DNA of 64,000 nt from the human T2T-CHM13v2.0 reference genome, Homo sapiens, in the NCBI RefSeq assembly GCF_009914755.1, contig NC_060947.1; one strand, written 5' to 3'. Within the stretch, counting starts at the first letter, position 1. Every line of letters starts with the position of its first letter. Of this stretch, positions 48,076 to 64,000 are shown piece after piece. Position numbers and translations under genes: made by a program. The notes beneath the pieces are model-generated. The model was not told where the DNA came from, made no database searches, and worked only from the letters and a program-made list of their open reading frames with translations.

Positions 48076-49949
48076 AATAGAGATGAAAGACAGAGGAAAT
48101 TAACTGGATCCTTTAGAATCCAGTTAGAAATTTGGTTTGCATATACATTAGAAAATGAGTGACTAGACAGAAATCTGCCTGGCTTTCAGCACCTATTACA
48201 GCATCCAAATTAACTTAGAAACTACTATAGTATAATGAAGTTAAATACAAACCAAACATAGAACATGTGTAATTCTGCCTCTCTATTCCCAGTGTCGAAT
48301 AGCTTCACTATGCTACAACCTATCATGCTTTCAACGAAATCCAAACTCCAAAGCAGAAATCATCAAGCAGATTAAGTTAAACAAGGGGTGTAGTAGGAGT
48401 GTAATAGTAAAATATGAATACCCTACCATTAATAATAAATGGGATAGAGCTGAAACATGAGGCTCACAGGCTTTTGTTTCCTCTGATGAGAAGCTCAGTT
48501 TTGGCCTAGGGCCCTAGATGTGGGCCATCCACAGCTTTCCACCTGGCTTCCAGAATTTAGGGGACCTCTTCACCAAAAATCTGGGCAAAGAAGCAGGAAT
48601 ACAGATTCCTCAGAAAACCACAGCCCCAGATTTTTCATCCCTCAACCCAAGGACATATTCTGGGATTTAATTTTGTGTTTTATCTTCCTCGTTGCTCTCT
48701 TGGCATTTGCAGAATAAACAGAATAAAAGAGGCAGGCAATATGCCAGACTTCATTCTCCAAGGCAGACAGAGTGCCAAGAGGCACATCTAAAGAAAGGGA
48801 GGGTGTACCCCAACCCCCAAGTCAGCTTCTGGGATGCCTTTAGTCCAAATACTGCTGCATAAACCTCAACATTTTAGCATTCATACTGGGAATCCTAGTA
48901 TTTCTCAGCTGCAAGCAGTCTCTCTAATATTTTAGAAAATGCTGGCTGAGGATTGTACTTTTTATAAATATTTATGTTGCATAGGGAACTTACAGGCTCC
49001 CATAGCAACCCAGCTAGTTCTGAAAATTAATGGAACACTGGTCTAGTCTTATGGAAGGCACCAGAATGGTTCTCTGCATAGAAGCCAAAAGTCGTATACA
49101 TAATATGGTTCTGTCTAGGATTAGAACTCAAATCTCTTAAACTCTTTTCTGAGGCTTTTTCTACTACGCCATGCTCTGTTTCATAAGCTGGTAACCTTTT
49201 AAATGTTTTATACCAAATATATATATACTGATAAGAAGTAGGAATGTTGCTTCTGCTGCTAGCTACTTTTCTTTTAGTGGGGAGGGAGCATGGGAGTGCC
49301 TGTCAACTGCCTGCTACTTCTGGCTCCAGATGGTATTCTCAAACAGCAGGAAGGTAGGGATGGATGAAAATTGTTTTCAGCTTTCTAAGCATGCCATTAT
49401 AGATCTCATCTCCTCAGGCTGTGAGTAGGGGGTACTAGGTGAGGATTTTATTCCTTGTGGGGTACAGGATTTATTCATCAGATTATTTAGTTTTTAAAGA
49501 AAACACAAACCAAAAACATGAAATAGGTTCAGGAAAGTTTCAAGATCAAGAGGAACATAGATGTGGCAATAGTAAGACTTGGCCAGTCTTGAACATTATA
49601 AAAATCACAATAGGAAAAGGAAGTCCTTGAAGAGGTAGCCCAGTGGTGAGTGAGGCTATGGACCTGACATGAGAAAATAACACATAAAGGACTACATGCC
49701 CTGGATATGGTAAAAAAATACATAGTCATTTACACTTCTTGGACTGTCTTTTCAGTCCATACACCTTGTCTGTATAAACTGCACTATCCACCTACCCATA
49801 GGGTACCCAACTCAAAAGTAACCAATCCACTAGATGACAAATAGACAATCACAATTTCTATCTCAGAAATTTGAACTAAGCATAGAAAGTGAGAGTATAG
49901 AGCTAAGGCAGATTAAGATTAGTGGTTTTCTTTGTTGGTTTTGTTTTCT

Positions 49950-50088
49950 GTTTTTTAAACGTTTTTTCTCTTTTTTGTTGTATAAATTTAAAGTCTACGG
50001 TGTAATGTTTGGGTATACTTTATACATACATAGTGAAATGATTACTACAGGTAAGTAACTTAACCTATCCATTATCTCACATGGTTAC

Positions 50089-50144
<56 letters not shown>

Positions 50145-51130
50145 AGAGCACCCAAAGTCTACTGTCTTGGAAAATTTGCAGTATACAATGTTATTAACTA
50201 TAGTCTTCATGCTGCACTTTAGGTCTGTACTTATTCATCCTATATAACTGCAACTCTGTACTCTTTGATCTATATCTCCCCCTGCCCCCACTTCTGGTAA
50301 CCACCATTTTATTGTTTCTTTGTATTAGCCTTTTTTTTTAGATTCTACATGTAAGAGTCATTATGTGGAATTTGTCTTTCTGTGTCTGACTTACTTCACT
50401 TAGCCTAATGTCCCCCAGTTCCATCCATGTCATCTCAAATGATAAGATCTCCTTTATTTTAAAGCTGAATATTATTCATCAATATATACCACAATTTCTT
50501 TATCCAGTGATCCATTGACAGACATTTAGGTTTTTTCCACATTTTGGCTACTGTGAATACTGTTTCAATGAACATGGGAATACATATATCTCCTAAAGGT
50601 GCTGATTTCATTTCCTTTGGGGATTTGCTCAGAAGGATTCCTGGATCATATCGTAGTACTATTTTGAATTATTTGAGAAAACTTCATATTATTTTCCATA
50701 ATGGTTGTACTAATTTACATTACCACCGGTAGTGTACAGGGCTCCTTCTTCTCTATGTCCTTGCAAACACTTACCTATCATCTTTTTTATAATAGCCATT
50801 ATGACAGATGTGAGGCGATGTGTCATTGTGGTTTTGATTTGCATGTCCCCAGTGATGCTGAGCAACTTTTTATACACTTGTTGACTACTTTTATGTCTTC
50901 TTTGGAGAAAAGTCTATTCAAGTCCCCTGGCTATTTTTTATTTGGGCTATTCATTTTCTTGTTCTTGAGTTGTGTGTTTCTTTATACATTTTTAATATTA
51001 ACTCCTTATCATATGTACAGTTCACAAATATTTTCTCTCAATCTGTAGGCTGACTTTCATTTTGTTGATTATTTCCTATGCTGTGCGGGACTTTTTAGTT
51101 TGATGTAGCTCCACTTATGGTTTTTGTTTA
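49950..51130 (-). mobile_element. L1MA7-9-like 3' end
   Basis: tataaatttaaagtctacggtgtaatgttt...catagtgaaatgattactacag 3'UTR and ORF2 C-terminal remnant. Confidence 0.85.
50091..50142. repeat. (GT)26 microsatellite
   Basis: Perfect dinucleotide run within the L1MA 3'UTR. Confidence 0.98.
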
Positions 51131-51339
51131 CTAGCTATTCAGCTAGTAAGTAACATATCTGAAAATTTAACAGAGAGCTGACTGATTGCAAGGTCTGTGC
51201 TTTTGTAATTATATTCTCCATAACAAATATCTACTGTACTTATATTGTAATATCATTTGATATTTCACTTTATGTTCCACCTACTTCTCTGGAAACCAGC
51301 TACTTTGTTTTCTGTCTAGAAAGCTGAGATCTTTTTTTT

Positions 51340-52158
51340 TTTTCCTATTCTATAATCTCTTTCAATTCCTTCCCTACCCCATGCCACCTCCTTGAGTTAG
51401 TCAGACTCCTGTTAATTCTTCCTCCTCTTTGTCTTTCAAATAAACCCCTGGTTCTCCATCCTCATTGTCATTTTCTTATTCAGACCTCACCATCTTTCAA
51501 CTGATATTATATTTCTACATGCTTTCTCTGTCCTCAGTCTTTCCTCTCCCTCCACATTCATCTTCCACCCAGCATCACAGATTTGTCATGACATCCCCTT
51601 TTTAAAACCCTCAGTGGTTTCCCATTGCATGCATAAAGTCCAAACTCTTTAACACATGAAAAAGTCCACCATAACCTGTCCTTTCCCTGCCTCTCCAGCC
51701 CTATCTTTTGCCAATATGTAGTTCATGCACTGTCACCCCACCCAATTTTGGCCACACCCACTACTAGTTGCTCCTTGGACAAACCATAATCTTCTGTAAC
51801 TCCAGGGATTTGCACAAGTTATTCTCTCTGATTATGATGCGCCAAATTTCTTATTCACATAGTGAAATTCTAGTCTTCCTTTAAAATCCAGTTCAAAAGT
51901 CAGTATGTACTGTCAAACCTTCAACTTTCCCAGGGAGAATAAATCATTCCCTTTCTGGGCTCTCATTTTGCCTTTTGTATTTCTCTTTTATAGTACTTAC
52001 TGCACTATAATTATCTAATGGCCTGTGTCTCCCTTCCCCACTGAACTGTAAATGTGTTATTGACAAAGACTGCCTTATTGACTATCTCCAGCATTTAGCA
52101 CAGTGATCAGCATAAGTATGTTCTTTATAGGTACCTATTGAATGAAGGAATAAATGAT
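51340..52158 (+). mobile_element. L2 LINE 3' end
   Basis: Pyrimidine-rich body (aaaaccctcagtggtttcccattgc) ending ccagcatttagcacagtg...ttgaatgaaggaataaatga. Confidence 0.8.
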
Positions 52159-52165
52159 CTGTACT

Positions 52166-52690
52166 TGTAGTATGCAAAACAGTGTTCACTCTCCAATAAT
52201 GTCCTTGTCCAAATCCATGGAATGTATGAGTTTGTTACCTTTCATGGTAAAAGGAGAATTAAGGTTGCAGTTGGAATTTGGGTTGCTAATCAGCTGGCCT
52301 TAAAATAAGAAGATTAGCCTGATAATCCTGATGGGCCCAATGCAATCCCAGGAGTCCTTACAAGTGGAAGAGGGATGCAGAGAGGAGTCAGAGTCAGAAG
52401 GAGATGTGACTATAGAAGAGAAAACCAGAGAGATTGCAGAATGAGGACTCAGTCCAATGTTGCTGGCTTTCAAGAGGTCACGAGCCAAGGGAAGAGGGTG
52501 TCCTCTAGAAGCTGGAGAAAGCAAGAAAATAGGTTCTTCCCTATAGCCTCCAGAAATAAACACAGCCATGCCAATACACAATGAGACCTGTGTCAGAATT
52601 CTGATATAAAGAACTATAAAATAATAACCTTGTGTTGTTTTAAGTCACTGAATTTGTGGTAGTTTGTCCCAGCAGCCATAAAAACCCACA
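52166..52690 (+). mobile_element. MLT1D-like MaLR solo LTR
   Basis: ggagaattaaggttgcagttggaatttgggttgctaatcagctg...tgtgttgttttaagtcactgaatttgtggtagtttg. Confidence 0.85.
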
Positions 52691-52752
52691 GCTGTTTTGA
52701 GCCAAAAGCTTTGACTAGATTTTCTATCAACATGTCCTGCTTCTCTTTAGAA

Positions 52753-52938
52753 CAGAGGTTCTCAAACATTAGTGTTCAAAAGAATCATCCAAAGAACTAG
52801 TTTAAAATGAAGATCCTGCTCTACACTCGAAAAGATTATGATTCAATGAGTTAGAGGTTGTGCCCAAGAATCTACATATTAAATAAGCACCCCAGGTAAT
52901 GTTGGTGAAGGTAGTCCCTCTATCAGGAGAAATGCTGC
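52753..52938. mobile_element. MER5-like hAT-Charlie MITE
   Basis: cagaggttctcaaac...agaatcatcc...aataagcaccccaggtaat...gagaaatgctg. Confidence 0.75.
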
Positions 52939-54215
52939 TGTAATGAGAGTTAATTAACATTTATAAGACTAGCATTATTTATATCCCTTATATTAATTTA
53001 GTGATGAAAATATTGCAACCTTTCTGAGCACGCTAAACATTTTTGCTCAAGGCACTTCCCTTTCCTTAGTGCTGATTTAATTTTATTCATTATACAAGGC
53101 ATCCAAATTATTTCATTGTGAATCCTGTCTGTCTGTCTCTAGACATTAAATATTATCATAACATCTTCCTACTTAAATGTCACAAAGACAGCTTTTTCTT
53201 TGTAATACAAGGTTTAATGAAGGGTAAAATACCACTTTCGAAATACGTGATGCTTCTAAGGCTACTAAGCGCAGTAAACCCAGGATGGAATTCTAGTACA
53301 GATCTAAAAGGTATTTAGTAAGGTAAAACATAGGTAAAGCACCATTGTGACTATCTCCCATTAGTGCTGCCTCTATGGAAAAGAGTAGCATAATAGGATT
53401 ACAATATAACTTGGGTACTGTAATATGTTTATAAAACTCCATTTAGCAGACTTTAGCATGAAGAGTGTCTCCTAACATAATCAGTCTGAACATTTGCCAT
53501 TTTCAACACTACATATTGACTGATTGCCTATTCTGCCTCTTCCTCAGTTGTTATGGAGCCATTTAACAGAGAAAAATAGCATTAGCCTGTAAGACAAATT
53601 ATTCCTTGAAAAGGTCAAAGTAACACAATTTTTGTCCTACTTCAAAAGGAGATGGAAATTCTAAATTGCGTAGCCCTCAATCCCATCCCTACAAAGCACA
53701 AATGGTCTTCTAAAATGTTAGTCTTTGATGCTTATCAAAGACCATTAAAACACATCAGGTTATATTTATTCATTCAAATTCTTTCACTATATAAATTATT
53801 CCTCAGGGCTTTCAGAGATGCAGTAACTCTTTGAGACCCCCATTGATGAGTGAGTACATCACAGCAGTCATTTGCCAATCAACCCCATGGCCTAAATGCG
53901 TTAATGCACTCCCCAGGGGACTGGCTAGCTTAATAGTCATCTATTCTTAAAGGCCTTAAAAAATGTATATCATTATAGTGACACTATCTTTTCAATATAC
54001 AACTTTGGCCTATAGTACTATTATATTTAACATATTCTAATTCTCAGAATGAAACTTATTAGAGCTAAGATTCACATGTTCTTATCAGCTTATGCTCTCA
54101 CCACCATTAGTGTGAAAGAAACTATTCAACAATGAAACAATAAATAATTTAAAGCTTCTTAACAGCTAATATTTCATCCTAATGAAATATCCTAGGGAAA
54201 TAAATGATTAGGATA

Positions 54216-54524
54216 CAGTGATGCATTGCTTAGTGATGAGGATACACACATTCTAAGAAATGAGTCTTTAGGCAGTTTAGGTATTATGCAAAAATTATAG
54301 AGTATACTTATACAAATCTAGATGGCATAGACTACTACACACCTAGGCTATATGGTATAGCTTATTTCTGCTAGGCTGCCAACCTGTACAGCAGGTTACT
54401 GAACTGAATACTGTAAGCAACTGTAAAACAATGGTATATCTAAACATAGAAAAAGTACAGTAAAAATACAGTAGTATAATCTTATGGGACCACTCCCGAA
54501 ATGTCATTATGCAGCCCATGACTG
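54216..54524 (-). mobile_element. Tigger3a (MER7A) MITE
   Basis: TA|cagtgatgca...tgcagcccatgactg|TA termini. Confidence 0.85.
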
Positions 54525-54838
54525 TAGTTTGATCATTCAAATAACATGAAGTTATAGGGCAAGTTTTAACATGGTCCTAAATCTTGTAGGACCTTGGAAA
54601 TCTGCTACAGGGTGAAGGTCCCTGGGGTAACACAGAGAAAATTAAAGTTACAGGGGACATTTGGGTTGGAGACAAGCAGAGGCGATATGATCAGACTCTC
54701 CCCCAAGCCTTTATATAAAAACATGGTCTTGTTTATTCAGACAATGGCACATATATTGGTTAACTGACTTCTACTTACAGATTGCAAAATATCCACATTA
54801 AAGCAAAAGTTGAAAAAGAAAGGAAAATTTAAGTAAAG

Positions 54839-55175
<337 letters not shown>

Positions 55176-56007
55176 AAGTAAAGTACTTATTACCACTTAA
55201 TGTAATTCCCATCTCCTAAAATGTTGGCTTATTTTTCTCCTACCTACAGCTTGTCTCAAGCCTTTTAAAGTTCTCTGGTCCCATGTCACCATTTTTTCTC
55301 AGCTACTATTTTGAGTACAGATATTAGTTTTACATTTATATATGTAAACTCCCACATTGTTTCTAAAAGGAGGTAAAGCAGGACAGGTATTAATTACCTA
55401 TTTTAAATTCTTTTCAGTTACCTTTAGCAAAAAGGACCTGAAGAGACTAGTATTTTCTAAACCCACACAGTCTTTTTTTTCTTCTCTTTAGGGCACCAAA
55501 CTTCCAAGACTTGCCTTTTGCTTATTTATCAAGCAGCTCTGAAACACCTTTTAAAGGGTCAAGCAAGACCTTCCTTCTTCCACTTTTGTCTTCCCCTCTC
55601 CCAACCTTCATTGTGTTTCTAATGTACTCATTCAAGTCTGTTTGCTTTTGATATAATCTGGCTCTTTTAAGGTTCTATCCACAAATAATTTCAAACAATA
55701 TGCCTAAAAATGCTTAAAAACTAGTTATTTCCATAATTTTCACATAACCCTTTGTTTTTACTTTTTTCTATAGGCATTCTCTGAATATTGAACCTGTTTG
55801 TGTACATTTCCTCTATGGCCAAAGCTGTTCCCACAAAACAAACTGGAAAGCATAAAATGAAATGTATTAGAGTTAATCATAAGAATGATCAAATATACCT
55901 TATCAACCTTATGGTTAAATTGTTTGCATCATTTAGACATCATGTTAGTGTTAAGAGAGTCTAGATTACTAACAGCATACATTTGCATGCTATTTTATAA
56001 ACCATAA

Positions 56008-57359
<1,352 letters not shown>

Positions 57360-57366
<7 letters not shown>

Positions 57367-57760
57367 GTGGTACATATACAGCATGGAATACTATGCAGCC
57401 TTAAAAAAGGATGAGATCATGTCCTTACAGCACCATGGATGGAGCTGGAGGCCATTATCCTTAGCAAACTAATGCAGAAAGAGAAAATCAAAGGCTGCAT
57501 GTTCTCACTTATAAGTGGGAGCTAAATGATGAGAACACATGGACACATAGAAGAAAGTGACACACACTGGGACCTATTGGAAGATGGAGGGTGGGAGGAG
57601 GGAGGAGATCAGGAAAAATAACTAATGGGTACTAGGCTTAATACCTGAGTGATGAAATCTGTGCAATAAACCCTCATGACAGAAGTTTACCTATATAACA
57701 AATCTGCACATGTACCCCTGAACTTAAAATGAAAGTTAAATTTAAAAAGGAAAAAAAAGG
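57360..57760 (+). mobile_element. L1PA13-like 3' end
   Basis: gatcaggaaaaataactaatgggtactaggcttaatacctg...cccctgaacttaaaatgaaagtt plus A-tail. Confidence 0.8.
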
Positions 57761-60029
<2,269 letters not shown>

Positions 60030-61669
60030 CAGAATACTTATTCTTCTCAGCTGCACATGGAAAGTTCTCCAGAATAGATCGCATATTAGGCCACAAACCA
60101 AGTCATAACAAATTTAAGAAGATAGAGATTGTATCAATTATCTTTTCTGACCACAATGGTATAAAACTAGATATTAATAAAATGAAGAATTTTGGAAACT
60201 TTACAAATACACAGAAATTAAACAACGGGCTTATAAATAATAAATAGGACAATTAAGAAATTAAATGGCAATTTTTAAAAATTTATTGAGCCAAATAAAA
60301 GTTGAAACACAGCATAACAAAACCTATGGGATACAGAAAAAGCAGTTATAAGAAGGAAGTTTATAGCAATAAATGCCTACAGCAAAAAAGAAAAAAAAAT
60401 CTCAAATAACCTAATATTGCACCTCAAGGAATTAGAAAAACAAGAACAATCTAAATCCAAAATTAGTATAAGAAGGAAATAATAAAGATCAGAACATTGA
60501 AAAAGAAATAGAGACTAGAAAAATAACAAAAGATCAACAAAACAAACAGTTAGCTTTTGAAAACATAAAGAAAATTGACAAACCTTTACCTGGACTAAAA
60601 AAAAGAAAATATTCAAATAAATAAAATCAGAGATGAAAAAGGAGATATTACAACTGATACCACAGAAACACAGAGAATCATGAGAGACAATTATGAACAA
60701 TGATATGCCAAAGAAGTGGATAACCTACAAGAATTTAAAAAGCTATCACACACATACAAACTACCAAGATTGAGTTAAGGATAAATAAAAAATCTGAACA
60801 GACCAATAATGAGTGAGAAAATTGAATCAGTAATAAAAATTCTCCCACCAATTAAAAAAAGGCCTACAATCTGATGGCCTCACTGATTAATTTTACCAAA
60901 CATTTAAAGAAGAGCTAATACCAATTCTTCTCAAACTACACCAGACAATTAAAGAAGAGGAAATACTTCCAAACTCATTTTGAGGCCAGCATGACTCTGA
61001 TATCAAAATCAAAAACACAACAAAAAAGAAATCTATAGGCCAAGATCACTGATGGACATAGATGCAAAAGTCCTGAACAAAATATAGTATCAAACCAAAT
61101 TCAACAACACATTAAAAGTATTATTCACTATGATCAAGTAGGATTTATCCTAGGGATGCAAGAATGTTTTAAAATACACAAATCAATAAATGTGACATAA
61201 CACATTAACAGAAAGAGGGACGAAAACTATATGAACATTTCAATAGGTTCAGAAAAAGCTTCTGATGAAATGCAACATCCCTTTATAATAAAAACTCTCA
61301 ACAAATTAAGTATAAAAGGTACATACCTCAATATAATAGAGGCCATATAGGGCAAACCCACAGCAAACATTATTCTAAATGGGAAAAATTTAAAGCTTTT
61401 CCTCTAAGATCTGGAATATGACAAGAATATTCACTTCCACCACTTCTATTCAACCTCGTACTAGAAGTCCTAGCCAGAGCAATTAGGCAGAGAAAAAATA
61501 AAGGGCATTTGAAATAGAAAAGAGAAAGTTAAATTGTCTCTGTTTGCAGATAACAAAATCTTATATATAGAAAGCTCTAAAGGCTTCATAAAAAACTATT
61601 TGAACTAATAAACAAATTAAAGTAACAAGATACAAAATCAACATACAAAAACTGATAGTGTTTCAAGAT

Positions 61670-61706
61670 CCTTCAATAGCTCAGTTGGTAGAGCAGAGGA
61701 CTGTAG
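61670..61706 (+). pseudogene. tRNA-Tyr(GTA) 5' exon retrocopy (37 nt), non-functional
   Basis: CCTTCAATAGCTCAGTTGGTAGAGCAGAGGACTGTAG matches vertebrate tRNA-Tyr CCTTCGATAGCTCAGTTGGTAGAGCGGAGGACTGTAG with two CpG transitions. It stops one base after the GTA anticodon. Confidence 0.92.
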
Positions 61707-62802
61707 AAGATTTCATCACAAAAACATCAAAGGCAATTGCAACAAAAGCAAAAATTGACAAATGAGATGTTACTAAAACTAAAAAGCTTCTGCACAGCAA
61801 AAGAAACTATTATCAGAGTGAACAGACAACCTACAGAATGGGAGAAAGCTTTTGCAATCTATCCATCTGACAAAAGTCTAATATCCAGAATCTACAAGGA
61901 ACTTAAGCAAATTTACAAGAAAAAAACATTAAAAAGTGGACAAAGGACATGAACAGACACTTCTCAAAAGAAGACATTTATGTGGCCAACAAACATATGA
62001 AACGAAGCTCAACATCACTGATCATTAGAGAAATGCAAATTAAAACCACAATGAGATACCACCTCATGCCATTCAGAATGGTAATTATTAAAAAGTCAAG
62101 AAACAACAGATGCTGGTGAGGCTGTGGAGAAACAGGAACACTTTTACACTGTTGATGGGAATGTAAATTAATTCAATCATTGTGGAAGACAGTGTGGTGA
62201 TTCTTCAAAGACCTAGAACCAGAAATACCATTTGACCCAGCAATCTCATTACTGGGTATATACCTAAAGGTATAGAAATCATTCTATTACAAAGATACAT
62301 GCATGCATATGTCCATTGCAGCACTATTCACAATAGCAAAGATATGGAATCAACACAAATGTCCATCAATGATAGAAGGGATAAAGAAAATGTGGTACAT
62401 ATACACCATAGAATACTATGCAGCCATAAAAAGGAATGGGATCATGTCCTTTGCCGGGACATGGATGGAGCTGGAAACCATTATCCTCAGCAAAGTAACA
62501 CAGGGAAAACAAAGAAACAAACACCGCACATTCTCACTTACAAGTGGGAGCTGAACAATGAGAACACATGAACACAGGAAGGGGAACAACACACACTGGG
62601 GCCTGTTGGGGGGCTGGGGGAGGGAGAGCATCAGTATAAATAGCTAATGCATGTGAGGCTTAATACCTAGTGATAGGTTGATAGGTGCAGCAAACTGCCA
62701 TGGAACACATTTACCTATGTAACAAACCTGCATGTCCTGCACATGTATCCCAGAACTTAAAATAAAATAAGATTAAAAATAAACAAATAGAAAAAGAAAA
62801 AA
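61707..62802 (+). mobile_element. 5'-truncated L1PA10/11-like element fused to the tRNA fragment
   Basis: Starts aagatttcatcacaaaaacatcaaaggcaattgc ([23 protein letters not shown]); 3'UTR aaatagctaatgcatgtgaggcttaatacctag; A-rich tail 62759-62802. Confidence 0.9.
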
Positions 62803-63146
62803 GTTCTTGTATGTATTCTGATAGGTAGTAGGGGTTTTTGTTTTCTAGCTATGTCATCAATTTCTAGTTTAAATGTGTTGTGGTGGATTGTATTTTGTGT
62901 TCTGTTGTTAGATTTTGGAACTTAAAATATTTTTACGCCTAACATTTGTTCAATTTTTGAGAATAGACAAGGATGTGTGAAAAGAAGGAATATTATCTAT
63001 TTTCAGGTATGTTGTTTGATGTATATTAGTTACATTTACTTCATTATGTTTTTAATGTCTTTTATAGCCTTAATTATTTTTGGTGATCTATCATGAAAGC
63101 AAAGTGTTGAAATGAATAAAATCTCCAGTTTCTAATGTGAAAAAAA
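62803..63146 (+). other. Probable L1 3' transduction
   Basis: Foreign T-rich segment between the L1 A-tail and the right TSD, with AATAAA at 63115-63120 and an A7 run 19 nt later. Confidence 0.75.
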
Positions 63147-64000
63147 GTAGTGTTTCTACACATTAATAGTGAACTATATGAAAAAGAAATCAAGAAAACA
63201 ATCCCATTTATAATAGTTATCAAAAAGTAAGATACCTAGGAATAAATCTAACCAAACTGGTGAAAAATATCTAAATTGAAAACTGTGAAACATTGATGGA
63301 AGAAACTGATGAGTACACAAATAAATAGAAATATATCCCCTGTTCATGGGTTGAAAAAATTAATTTTGTCAAAATGAACATACTACTCAAAGAGATCTAC
63401 AGATTTAATGCAATCCCTATCAAAATACCAAAGACATTCTTCACAGAAATATAAAATATAATCCTAAAATTTGTATAGAACCACAAAAGATACCAAATAG
63501 CCATAGCAATCTTGAGCTAAAACAAACCAAATTAAACAAGCAAACAAAAAACAAAGCCGGAGGCATCACACTACCTGACTTCAAAATATGCTGCAAATCT
63601 ATAGCAACCCAAACAGCATGGTATTGGCATAAAAATAGACACATAGAACAATGAAACAGAATAGGGAATACAGAAATAAATCAATGTATCTATAGCCAAC
63701 TAATTTTTTGACAATGGTACCAGGAACAAAAATTGGGAAATGACAATCTCTTCAATAAATATTGTTGGGAAAACTGGATATCCATATGCACAATAATGAA
63801 ACTGGACCCCTATCATTCACCATATTTGAAAATCAACTCAAAATGGATTGACTTAAAAGTAAGACCCAAAACTGTGAAAGTACTAGAAGGAAACATAGGG
63901 GAAATGCTTCATGACATTGGACTAGGCAATAATTTTTTAGATAAAGTCTCAAAAGCACAGGAAACAAAAACAATAATAGACAAATGGGATTACATCAAAC

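Larger units (their letters stand above)
60030..64000 (+). mobile_element. L1M/L1MA ORF2 remnant, host of the tRNA-L1 chimera (pieces 60030-61669 and 63147-64000)
   Basis: Continuous decayed ORF2 (ctgtttgcagataac RT motif at ~61540) that is collinear across the 61670-63146 insert. Confidence 0.85.

Noticed and set aside
61670-61745. Functional tRNA-Tyr gene
   Set aside because: Only the 5' 37 nt are present; there is no intron, T-arm/B-box or 3' acceptor strand, and L1 sequence follows immediately.

Overview
Human (or at least primate) nuclear DNA that is AT-rich and extremely LINE-1 dense. A perfect AluYb9 points to human. I find no supportable protein-coding gene: almost every long ORF is a decayed L1 ORF1/ORF2 piece or an antisense Alu/L1 read-through. 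The window is a layered record of retrotransposition, with nested L1s of many ages (L1M, L1MA, L1PB, L1PA16 to L1PA5), five Alus, MaLR LTRs, DNA transposon relics, MIR/L2 and microsatellites. Main observations: (1) a TSD-flanked three-part retrocopy made of the 37-nt 5' exon of tRNA-Tyr(GTA), an L1PA10/11-like 3' end and a ~340-bp 3' transduction with its own AATAAA; (2) an L1 whose 5'UTR lacks precisely the ~1-kb intron still present in a neighbouring L1 (SpIRE-type), which is also a subfamily mosaic without TSDs; (3) a ~60-bp COX3-like micro-NUMT in an L1 3'UTR; (4) signs of sequence exchange between inverted L1 copies. Subfamily names come from recalled consensus motifs, not a database search, and boundaries of old repeats are approximate.
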